Below the pieces are notes generated by a model that ran no database searches, was not told where the DNA came from, and was given only the letters and a program-made list of their open reading frames with translations. From the human T2T-CHM13v2.0 reference genome, Homo sapiens, in NCBI RefSeq assembly GCF_009914755.1, contig NC_060925.1: DNA of 64,000 bases. One strand, written 5' to 3'. This document shows positions 52,836 through 64,000 of the stretch, piece by piece. Position 1 is the stretch's first letter. Each line of letters starts with the position of its first letter. A program made the position numbers and the translations under genes.

Positions 52836-54486
52836 TTTATTTGTAGAAATGTATGGGTTACATATAAAATGTTTTCTATGTATATAATTCATGCTGGTCA
52901 AATCAGGATATTTAGGGTGTCTATCACCAAAGTACAGTAAATTTTTAAGTACAATTACCCTATTCTACTATCAAACATAGAATTTAGTCATATTTTGCTG
53001 TGTGCTTGTACCTTTTAACCCACTTCTCTTCATCCTTCCCCCCACACTCTTGCCCTTTCCTTTGTTTGTTATAGATGTTTCCACTCTCTACCTCCATGTG
53101 ATCAAATTGTTTAACTTCTACTTATGAGTTAGAACATGTGTTATCTTTCTATGTCTGGCTTATTTCACTTTATCCATATTGCTGCAAATGACATAATTTC
53201 ACTCTTTTTATGGCTGAATAGTGTTCCATTATGTATATAAACCACATTTTCTTTATCCATTCATCCATTGATGGACACCTAGGTTGACTCTATATCTTGG
53301 CTATTGTCAATAGTGCTGTAATAAACATGTGATTGCAGGCATTCCATATATATGTATATTCCCGCCAGTTTGGATACATTCCCAGTAATAGGATTGCTGG
53401 ATAGAATGGTAATTCTATTTTAAGGTTTTTGAGAAATTTTCATACTCTTTTCCACAGTGGCTGTTCTAGGTACATTCTCACCGACAGTGTATGAGTTTCC
53501 TTTCTTTTGCATCCTCACCAACATCTGTTAATTTCTGTCTTTTTAATAATCACCATTATGACTGGTGTAAGGTGATACCTCAGTGTGGTTTTGATTTGCA
53601 TTTATCTGATGATTGGTGATGTTGGGTATTTTATATATATATATGTTGTTCATGTGTATATCTCCTTTTTAGAAATGTTTATTTATGCCCTTGGTCCACT
53701 TTGTAATGAGATTATTTGCTTTCTCCCTGTTGAGTTCTTTGAGTTACTTGTAGAGTCTGTATATTAATCCCCTGTTCAGCTGAATAGTTTGCAAATATTT
53801 TCTGCCATTCTGAAGACTGTCTTTTCATTCCGTTGATTATTTCATTTGCTGTAATTAAGCTTTCTAGTTTAATTATGTCTCATTTGTCTATTATTTTTGT
53901 TGCCTGTGTTTTTTGTAGTTTTAGTCATAAGTTGTTTGCCCAGACCAAAATCCAGAAGAGATTCCCCTGTTTGTTTGTTGTTGTTGTTGTTTAGGTTTAA
54001 CAATTTCAGGTCTCCAATTTAAGTCCTTAGTCCATTTTGAGTTGATTTTTATATATGATAAGAGATACAAATCCAGTTTCATTCTTTTGTGTGTGAGTAT
54101 CTCATTTTCCTGGAATCATATATTGAACAGAATATTCTATTCCCAATGTGAGTTCTTACCAGCTTTGTCAAAAATCAGTTGGCCACAAGTCTGTGGCCAT
54201 TGGTTTATATGTGTATTTCCATTGGTTTATATGTGTATTTTTATACCAATACTCAACTGTTTTGGTTACTATAGGCTAGTTATATATTTTTATTTCAGGT
54301 AACATGATGCTTCAAGCTTTGTTCTTTCTGCTTAGAATTGGGTTGGTTATTTGGGCTTCTTTTTGGTTTCATATAAATGTCAGCGTTTGTTTTCCCAAGT
54401 TCTACATAAAATGGCATTGGTGTTTTGATAGAGATTTCATGAAATCTGTAAATTGCTTTTGGCAATATGGTCATTAAAAAAAAACT

Positions 54487-54740
54487 AGATACAGGATCTC
54501 ATTCTTTCACCCAGGTAGAAGTACAGTTGGGACAATCATAGTTTACTGCAGCCTCAAACTCTTAGGCCCAAGCAATTCTCCCACCTAAGCCTCTCAAATA
54601 ACTAGGAATACAGGTTTGTGCCACAACACCAGATACTTTTTTAAAAAACATTTTTTTGTAGAGATGATGTCTCGTTGTGTTTCCCAGGCTGTTCTCAAAT
54701 CCTGGCCAAAACCAATCCCCTTGCCTTGGCCTCCCAAAGT
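54487..54740 (-). mobile_element. AluJ, 5'-truncated, diverged
   Basis: atcatagtttactgcagcctcaaactc...ttggcctcccaaagt. Confidence 0.85.
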
Positions 54741-56752
54741 TCAATAGTTTATTTTAGTGGTATTAATTTTTTAAATCAATGAATATGGGATGTTTTTCCA
54801 TTTGGTAGCATCATCTTCAATTTCTCTCATCAGTGTTTTGAAATTTTCTTTATAGACATCTGTCACCTCCTTGGTTAAATATATTTTTAGATAATTCTTT
54901 TTGTAGTTATTGTAAATGTTATTACTTTCCTAGCTAGATCGTTATTGGTGTACAGAAACACTACTGATTTTGCACATTTGATTTTGTATCCCATAACATT
55001 ACTGAATTTATTTATTAAATTTAGGATTTACTTTGGTTGGAGACCAGATTTTTTCAGATATAAAACCATATCATCAGCCAAGAAGGGATAATTTGACTTC
55101 CTCTCTTTCAACTTGGATGTCTTTTCTTTCTTTCTCTTGAATAATTTATGCGGGAAGGACTTCTAGTACTATGTTGAATTAGAATGGTGATAGTGGACAT
55201 CTTTTTCTTGTTCCAGTTCTTATTAGAAAGGCTTTCATTATTTACCTATTCAGTACAATGTTAGTTGAGGTTTTGTCATATATGGCTTTTATTATTTTGA
55301 AATCTGTTTCTTCTACATCTAGTTTGTTGAGAATTTTTATCATGTATGGGTGTTAAGTTTTATCAAATGATTTTTCTATGTCTATTGAGATAATCATATT
55401 TTTGTCTTCCATTCCGTTTATATTAGGTATCACTTTTTTTGATTTGCATATGTTGATCTATACTTGCATTCCTGATGTAAATCCTACTTAATTGTGGCTT
55501 ATCATAGTTTTGATATGGTGCTGGATTCAGCTTGAGAGTACTTTGCTTAGGATTTTTGTGACTGTTAATCTAGGATATTGTCCTGCAGTTTTTTCTTTTT
55601 TGTGTGTTCTTATCTAGTTTGGATATCAGAGTGATGTTGGTCTTGTAGAATCAGTTAGGTAGAATTTCTTTCTGTGACTATTTGAAATAAATTCAGTGGG
55701 ATTAGTATTTTCGTATGTTTGGTAGATTTTGGCTGTGAATCCATCAGGTCTCGGAATTTTCATTGTTGACTTTTTATTAGTGATTCAATGTCACTACTGA
55801 TTGTTGGTCTATTAACGTTTTTTATTTCTTCCTCACTGAATCTTGGTAGGTTGTGTATTTTCAGGAATTTATCCAGATCCTCTAGGTTTTCCAGTTTGTT
55901 CCCATATGGTTTTTCATAATGGTTTCAGATGATCTTTTGTGTATCTGTGGTATCAGTTGTAATATCTCCTTTTTCATTTCTGATTTTATTTGGTTCCTTT
56001 CTCTTCTTGGTCTAGCTAGCAGTTTATGAGTTTTGCTTATCTTTTCAAATAATCAGTATTTGTTGTGTTGATCCTTTGTATTGCTTCTTAGGTCTCTATT
56101 TCATTTAATTCTGCTCTGATCTTTTTTACTGATTTTCTTTTGCTAATTTGGGGTTTTGTTTGTTCTTGTTTCTTTAGCTCTTTAAGGCACATTGTAAGAT
56201 TGTTAGTTTGCAATTTTTTTTCACTTTTCTGATGTAGGCATTTATTGCTATATGCTTAACTCTTAGCGCTGCTTTTGCTGTCTGCCACAGGTTTTTTCTT
56301 TAATGTTGTGTTTCCATTTTCATTTGTTTCAAAATATTTTTATTGCCATCTTAATTTCCCCCATTGACTCCACTATCATTGTATTGCAGTGTGTCTCTTT
56401 CTTTAGCACTAGTGTTGGAGGCTTCACAAGTGTTTCTTATGATTAGCCATAATTGAAGCCTGTTCACACCTGTGATCAATTAAGCAACTGACCAATCGTT
56501 ACCTCCTCCTCCTTGCTCTTGTTACCTAACAAATAGGAAGAGCTGTAGAAGGCCGGGTGGCTGCCTTTGCTTACTAGGAGCAGAGAGCTCTCTTCTTCAG
56601 CATCCTAGCCTTTCCTTAAAATGATTACGTTCGTTTTTTGTTATTTCTATATTCGTCCCTTCATTCAGTCTTGTAATGATGGTCTCAAGTAGTAAGAGTA
56701 GTAACTGCCGTAACGACAGTCTGAATTACTAACAGTGGCAGTCAGCCACAAG

Positions 56753-56770
56753 TGGCACCTGAACAGGGAC
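56753..56770 (+). promoter_or_regulatory. Primer binding site for tRNA-Lys(UUU)
   Basis: TGGCACCTGAACAGGGAC vs TGGCGCCCGAACAGGGAC (two CpG transitions), 2 nt after the LTR end. Confidence 0.9.
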
Positions 56771-56971
56771 TAACAGGGACAGAGACCTGGAGGGACCTGA
56801 TATGGACTTGGACGAAGAAGGTCTGCTTGAACAGAAAAGACTAAAACCAACTAGAAGAATGAGAAATGCCGCTACAAGTCTGCCGGCAGCAACAAGAGGT
56901 GAGTGCTTTAAAAAGGTACTGATCAGTGCCCTAGAGGTACAAAGAATGGGAACTTTTTGAATCAGAATAAC

Positions 56972-57400
56972 ATGGGAAAGAATTTGGCTATTTCTTTTCT
57001 GTTTTGTTTGGAGTTTGTTACCTACCATATTTTTATCATTAGTTCAGGGTTTGAGAGAATTTTTTGCCTCACCTACAGCACCTATTGAATGCGGTGAACA
57101 GGAGAGAGAGAATGGAAATTGGATGTACTGTCTTTTGTGGCTACAGAAAGGCTAACTTTAGCTTTGGCTTTCGTGGATTGTAAATGTGCACTGGCACCTG
57201 TGAGATGTGCAGAGCACTTGGGAGGTTTTCTCAGAGCTTGTCAAAATGTGGGAACTGAGCTTCATTGCTCTGCAGTATTGACTCAGGCAATTGCTAATTT
57301 GGTAACTGACAGATCTAAAAGAAGCCAAGGTTTGAGCCCTAAAGTGGGAAAGTGTTATAAGTGTAGAAAAATTGGACGTTTCAAAAAAATACCTCTATAA
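56972..57400 (+). pseudogene. Betaretroviral gag remnant (CA C-terminus and NC knuckle), heavily deleted
   Basis: FLRACQNVGT...KCYKCRKIGRFKK. Confidence 0.8.
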
Positions 57401-57474
57401 CTCTAGGCCAAAGGGATCTTATAACACAGTTTCCCTATTTCTCAATAGAAACACCAGGACTTTGCCGTCGTTGC

Positions 57475-57784
57475 ATATTGATTCTCTCTCCCTAGGAACA
57501 CCTGGAAACGCAGGATTAGATCTCCAAGTTAGAGAACAAATTACGTTAATTGAAAGAAACAAACTGACCAAGATTTATACTGGTATTTGGAGACTTTTGC
57601 CAACAAGATACATGGGATTGATTTTGGTAAAAGCTGTCTTAACTTACAGGCCCAGGAGTTGTTGATTTTGATTGTGAAGGAGAAATTCAGGTAGTGGTAA
57701 TGTCGCAAGATCTTTGGGTTTTTGAACCAGGAGAATATGTTGCTCAACTGATGATTATTCCCTGTAAATGGTACCCTTCTCTAT
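57475..57784 (+). pseudogene. Betaretroviral pro-dUTPase remnant
   Basis: TPGNAGLDL, GIWRLLP..YMGLIL, PGVVDFDCEGEIQV, YVAQL. Confidence 0.85.
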
Positions 57785-60700
57785 GTAACAAGAGCAAGGA
57801 GGAGAAGGTAATGAGTGGCCAGCTGCTTAATTGATCACAGGTTCATATTGTTAACAGGCTTCAATTACGCCTAATCATAAGAAACACTTGTGTAACCTCC
57901 AACACTCTAGTAATATTTGCTTTATGAATCTGGGTGCTCCAGTATTTGGAGTGTGTGTTTTATAATTTCTACATACTTTTTCTGGATTGATCCTTTTACA
58001 TAACAAGCTTCCTTGTCCTGTTTTACTGTTCTTGACTTAAAGTCTGTTCTAAGTATAGTTATTCATGCTCACTTTAGGTTTCCATTAGCATGGATTTTTT
58101 TTTTTCATCTCTTTACTTTTAGTCAATATGTGTCTTTACTAGTTGAGTTTCTTTTTAGCAGTATATAGTGGGATGATGTGTTTTGCATTCTATCATTCTT
58201 TATCTTATAAATAGATAATTTGTTTATGTTCCAGGTTCTTATTGATGTGAGACTTTTTTCCTGTCATATTTGTTTTCTGATTGTTTTATGTATTGTTTGT
58301 TCCTTTCTTTGTCTTATACTGATTGTCATTTTTGTTTGGTGGATTTCTGTAGTGGCACCAGTTGACTCTTTCCTTCATTTGTGTGATTTATTTTCCCATG
58401 AGTTTTACAATTTCATGTGTTTCTGTAATAATAAATGTCATTCTTTTGCTTCCAAGTTTAGGACTCCCTTGAACATTTCATGTAAGTCTGGTCTAATGAT
58501 AATAAATTCCCTCAAAATTTGCTTGTGTGGGAAAGACTTTAATATATTCTTGACTAGCAGTGTTTTATTTTTTTTTTCTTTCAGCCTTTTAAATATACAG
58601 TGACATTCTCTTCTAGCCCTTAAAGTTTCTGTTGAGAAGCTTTAAATCTGATAATCCTTTATAGGTGACTAGGGACTTTTCTCTTGTCGTTTTTAGGATC
58701 TGCTGGTTATATTTGACTATACCATCTGACTATAAGTCATTATACCATCTGACTATAATGTGCTATAAAGAGATATTTTTTCAATGTATCTTACGAGGGA
58801 TCACTGATCCTCCTGTATCTAAACATCTAAATCATTTGCTAGATTTGGAAAAATTTTATCTATTATATCATTAAATAGTTTTACCACTCCTTTTTGTCTC
58901 TACACACTTTGGGATGCTGATAATTTGAATGTTTAACTGTTCTATGTTGTCTCAAATGTCATGAAATCTTTCATCACTCCTTTTTACTTTTTTTTGCCTT
59001 TGTTTTTGTCTGAATGGATTATTTCAAATAACCTGTCTATAAGTTCTGAGATTCTTTCTTCTGCCAGATCTAATCTACTTTAGAGGCTTTGCAATGTGTT
59101 TTACCAGTTAACTATTTAGTGCCAGAATGTCTATGTTTCCTTTTCATTAATATCTTCTCTTTGGTAAATGTAACATTCATGTACTGAATTGTTTTTGATT
59201 AATTCGTTTTTTTTTTTTTAGAATTATCTTGTATCTGAGTGTCTTTTAAAATCAATATTTTAAATGTTTTATCTGTGATTTAGAAAATTGATTTTTTAAT
59301 TAAGATCTATTCTTGGTTAATTATTGGTTTCCTTTGGAAGTGTCATATCTTTCTGTGTTTTTATGTTTTCTGTGTCTTACATTGACATCTGCACCTCTGG
59401 TGTAACAGCCACTTCTTCCTATGGTTCAATTTACTTTTGTAGAGTAGGATTTTCCTTATAAATGTATTTTGGTTTTGGGCTGGGTAGGGCCCTTTGGCTT
59501 TGATCCTGAGTATGTGCATTAGTGTAGTCTCTATATTTCTTTGGCTGTAAACATTGTTAATATTTTCTGTGATTTCCTGAGTATTACGATGTAGTTATCA
59601 GTAGAAGCTATAAGGAACTTGTGCTGGGAACTGGGAGGAAAGGTGAGCCAATCTGTATGCCCTATAGTGGCAGTGGTGGGTTGAGCATTGCCTATTTTAT
59701 GCCCCTATTTTATTCACCAACTGCACCTGTATTGGTGGTTACCAGAATGCTGATTCTCGGGCCTCCTAGTGGCTTACCCAGATATCAGTAGTGGCAGAAG
59801 TGGCCTAGACGGGTGAGTGGGTTCTCAAGTCCCTGCGAAGCTGGTGTATTGTTGGTGATGGCAGTAGCAGTTGTGGGACAACCCTCTGTGCCTTGAGAAT
59901 TGCAGGCCAGTGTTGGTGGTAGCTGTGATGGCAGTGTCTCCACCCACAGCCTAGACATAGTACCCTCAGATTCTCCTGCTCTCTGTAGCAACAGTGCGGT
60001 AGCACCACACATGGTGTTGAGGGATCCCACTCTTCAAGCCTGAGCTTCAACACAGAGGCCACACCAACAGTAGGGTAACAGTTGTCACTCACAGACTCAG
60101 AGAGGGAGCCCTCAGGTTCATCCACCCCAGACTTCAGTGGCAGTAGGAGCAAGTATGCAGTAGGAGAGGAGGTATCCTGTTCTCTATGTGCGTGTTTTAG
60201 TACAGAGGCTGTTTTGCTGGTGGGAGGGAATTTCACCGTTTGCTTACAAAGATGAACACAGAGTTTTTATGGCTGCTAGGGATGGGATGGAAAATAATTT
60301 TACATAGCTACAGACAAATAGCTTGCAGGCCTGATGAAAGTGCCCTTTGGTTTATTTTATCCTGAGGTCTGCTTTTTTGTTGCACTTCATAATCCTTTCC
60401 CTGGAGAATAACACTCCCTATGGGCTAGATTACTGAGGAGCCTGCAGCACCTCTGGGTCCAGCCAGTGCTGTGTTGCTGCAGCTCTCTAAGTGGACACAG
60501 GGCAATATCAGCAGGAGTTCCTGGGATGTAGAGACGTGGGGTCTATCCTTCTCAGTGCTGATTGTAATCTTATGACAGATATGCTTCCAAAATGGTGCTC
60601 TGCCACAGCTGCTCAAGTCTGGAGGGATGGTGAATGACCCAGTGCAAGTTCCCAGTCTGATTAATGCTTTCACTGGTTTTGAAATCAGTAGCCTTGCTAG

Positions 60701-61032
60701 CTTCAGGGTTTGTAAGAGTAAAGAAGTTTTCTCATGGTTCGGATTGCAGCAGCCCATGGCATGTATGTGGACCACCGAAGCACTCTCATTTACTCTTTCC
60801 CCATAGTATCATGAACTCCTCGTGGCTCCAGCCTGATCTAGGCCAAGCTGACTGCTTGCTTCCTTCTCCTGTGCCTTAGGTGTTTCCCATGAGTTCTTGG
60901 TTAAACTCTGGTGTTCTCTCTTAGACCTTCTATTCAAGGAATCATTACCGATTTATAATTTTCGTTCTCATTTCTACAGAGGATGGGTTTTTGATATCTC
61001 TAGTCAGCCTTCTTGAAGTGGAATCTGGCATT

Positions 61033-61140
61033 CAATGCTATGACATTTTTTAAAAGGAAATTGAGTATTTTTATATTTTGATATCTGCAGGGGAGAGGAT
61101 TGTCCTGGAACCAATCCACCATGGATACCTAGGGATGACC
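61033..61140 (-). mobile_element. MER2, second half
   Basis: gtcctggaaccaatccaccatggatacctagggatgac. Confidence 0.85.
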
Positions 61141-61277
61141 ATATACACAAATGCTAGGTAATTAACTAAAACAAAATTGGAACTTAGAAGAAATTCAATG
61201 AGTTTTAGGATAAAGGATATGTAGAATAGAATTATATAATTATATGCTTAAAATAGACATTGTAAAAATGATATTTA

Positions 61278-61880
<603 letters not shown>

Positions 61881-61939
61881 AAGACAACATTCTCAGGCAG
61901 ATTTTATATTAAGAAAGAAGTTCAACGTTACTGGGATAC

Positions 61940-62720
61940 TACCACATATCAGAGTCAAGGAGATGAGGAAAATTGAGCAGAAAATGAGAATGAGCAACTA
62001 CAAGGTAGGAGGAAAATCAGGAAGTCTTATGCTCAGAAAGATGAAAGTGAGTCTGAGAGAAGAGAGAAATCAAATATGTTTGTTGTTGATATTGCAAATA
62101 ATAGGAGAGATGAATTTTCACTGATAATAGAGATTATTAATCATGTTAAGAAAAACAGTTCTGGTGGGACAACCGAACCAGACTCTAGTGGATTTGAGAG
62201 AAAATGCAAGAAAAATATCTGATACAGTATAGACAATGATTTCAAAGATAATACTATAAGGCAAAGAGCAAAACTAGGCAACGACTGAACAGTGAAGTGT
62301 AGGCTAATGAGAAAAATTTAGTGGAGAGAAACAAAGCATAATGCAGACAAAACTGAGAATATTTGTGTGATCTGGTACATAGATGGACATAGATGGAGGT
62401 TCTGTGATTCGCTGGAAGCACATTCAGGTCACCCATTTTAAAAGAGTATAGGATGTTTTAGGACATATACAGCTAGGAAAGTAGATGAAGAGGTTTTAAT
62501 ATTTATAAGTTATTGACAAAGATACCCTGTTCTAATTCTGGGATCCCACACTTTCCCTAGAAAGACCTTCAATTTGGCCACAGTTGAATATGACCACTTC
62601 AATCATTATGTGAACTTGAAAGCAATATGTTCAGTTAAGAGTGGAGATGGTATAAGAGGTGTTTGATATTTGAATAAAGAAGTGAAAATATGATATAGTC
62701 ATCTAGGAATTTGAGAAATA
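61940..62720 (-). mobile_element. L2 fragments
   Basis: aggtaggaggaaaatcagga...ccagactctagtggatttgagag...gtatagacaa. Confidence 0.55.
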
Positions 62721-63504
62721 GAGAGCAAACATACATAAAGGTAACCTAATATATTAGATTCAAATCTTTATTTGTATGGGCTTTACAATATTAGATATTC
62801 AAACAAACCATGTAACATTTATAACCCCTGTTTCCTTTATGAAGATAGCAAAGAGGATAATATCCTTGAAATACATTATTACTATTTTCCATTTTCTCTT
62901 ATATATACATTTTTCCTGTAGAAAATACACTCAAAATTATTTTCTCCTAAGGGCTTATGTGATAGTATCACACTTCTTGGATTACTTCATCTGATATTTC
63001 AGTAGTCTTTCTCATAATCTATGTCCTACAAAATTATAATTGTGGTTCTTCCGCCAACTGTTCCCCCTTTCCAAAGAAGATGAATAGGTTCTCCTGTCTT
63101 CCTTCTCTCTTCTCCTCCTGTGGCTCTCAATACTAATTCTGCCTAAAGTAAATTTTTTCTAATTCTTTGACAGTTTAGCTTAGGATATCAGTGGATATGC
63201 CTGTGAACCACCCATTTCTTTAATTTTTAATGGCAGTTGCAGGCTCTCTCTTTTCAAATAACACTAATAATGTATCACTCTTTCACTCACAGATGGAGAA
63301 TGTTTAAAACTCACAGTTTACATACTTTTTTTGAGGTGACGATATAAATCAATAATGTTATAAATGAATTAGAATCAGAGAAAGTATAATATTTGTGTTA
63401 GAAAACATTTAAAATTATCTTTCAAATTGCCTCATTTTGTAGATAGTTATTTACAACACATAAAATAATGTCTTCCCCTAAGTTAGAGAGCTTATAGTGA
63501 CTAT

Positions 63505-63982
63505 GTTGTATATCCAAGCATTCTTTTGTGATGAAGTTCAGTACAAAACAATAACAAAATCTCAGTGGCTTACTACAACAGTAATTTATCTTATACCCAA
63601 GTGTCTGCATGACTGCAGTTTGATAATCTTGGTTACACTTCCCCAGCCTTGTATGGGCTAGGCAGGACTCCAAGTTTTGGTTGGGTCCATGTCTGTTCCA
63701 CAGATCCAAGGCTGACAGAGCAATGGCTTTTTGAAATATGCTTATAACATTTCACAAGTTAGAAACTCTGAGTGCTGATAAAAAATTGCCATATATTTTA
63801 AGGCCTCAGATGGAAACTGGTATATTGCAAAGTTTTCCCACACACTCTTAAAAAACAAAGCATTTCACAGATCCAGGACCAAAGACATAGGTGCCAAGAG
63901 GTATAAATTGCCCACAGGGAAGTCATAACCAATATAGAGAGAAAAGAAAGAAAAAGAATAAAGGACAATTTTATCTACCACA
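63505..63982 (-). mobile_element. MLT1 (MLT1I/J-like) LTR
   Basis: caaaatctcagtggctta...ggtccatgtctgttccaca...atctaccaca. Confidence 0.65.
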
Positions 63983-64000
63983 AGTGGCACGCTAGTGATA

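Larger units (their letters stand above)
56413..57904 (+). mobile_element. HERV-K class (probably HML-6/LTR3) internally deleted element with inverted U3 termini
   Basis: LTR 56413-56750, PBS-Lys, gag NC and dUTPase remnants, inverted LTR copy at 57785-57904, 6-bp TSD CACTAG/CTCTAG. Confidence 0.88.
52836..61030 (-). mobile_element. Near full-length L1MA3-like LINE inserted in MER2, containing AluJ and an ERVK derivative
   Basis: 3'UTR at 52836, ORF2/ORF1 antisense, 5' end ctctagtcagccttcttga; degenerate TSD aatg(a/c)tatg(ga/ac)attttt. Confidence 0.85.

Noticed and set aside
56413-57904. Classical DNA transposon or MITE because of the terminal inverted repeats
   Set aside because: The termini are LTR U3 sequence followed by a PBS and gag/dUTPase; no transposase features; the 6-bp TSD fits a betaretroviral integrase
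58716-58758. TATACCATCTGACTATAA repeated at 23-bp spacing
   Set aside because: Small slippage duplication inside L1; nothing suggests function
59785-60879. GC-richer ORF-bearing region
   Set aside because: Explained by the 5'UTR of the minus-strand L1MA3-like element

Overview
AT-rich primate (human-like) sequence from a gene desert or a large intron. I see no protein-coding exon or RNA gene. The ORFs in the track come from Alu, L1, Tigger2 or ERV sequence, or are chance ORFs. Most of the window is transposable-element fossils: L1 (L1PA6, L1PA15/16, L1MA, L1MB/MC), Alus (J, S, Y, FLAM), MaLR/ERV1/ERVK LTRs, Tigger2, MER2, MIR and L2, often deeply nested. Five observations stand out. (1) A 1.49-kb HERV-K (probably HML-6/LTR3) derivative at 56413-57904 has LTR, PBS, gag and dUTPase remnants, ends in an INVERTED copy of its own U3 terminus, and still carries a normal 6-bp TSD. 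(2) A TSD-flanked L1PA6 has lost its 5'UTR intron precisely (SpIRE97/622-type) and sits inside a full-length Tigger2. (3) Two ERV9-like solo LTRs share an 11-bp sequence next to their insertion sites. (4) Several old L1s join the 5'UTR directly to ORF2. (5) There are TA-centred palindromes and a consensus-perfect truncated AluY. Subfamily names come from recalled consensus sequences and need RepeatMasker/Dfam confirmation.
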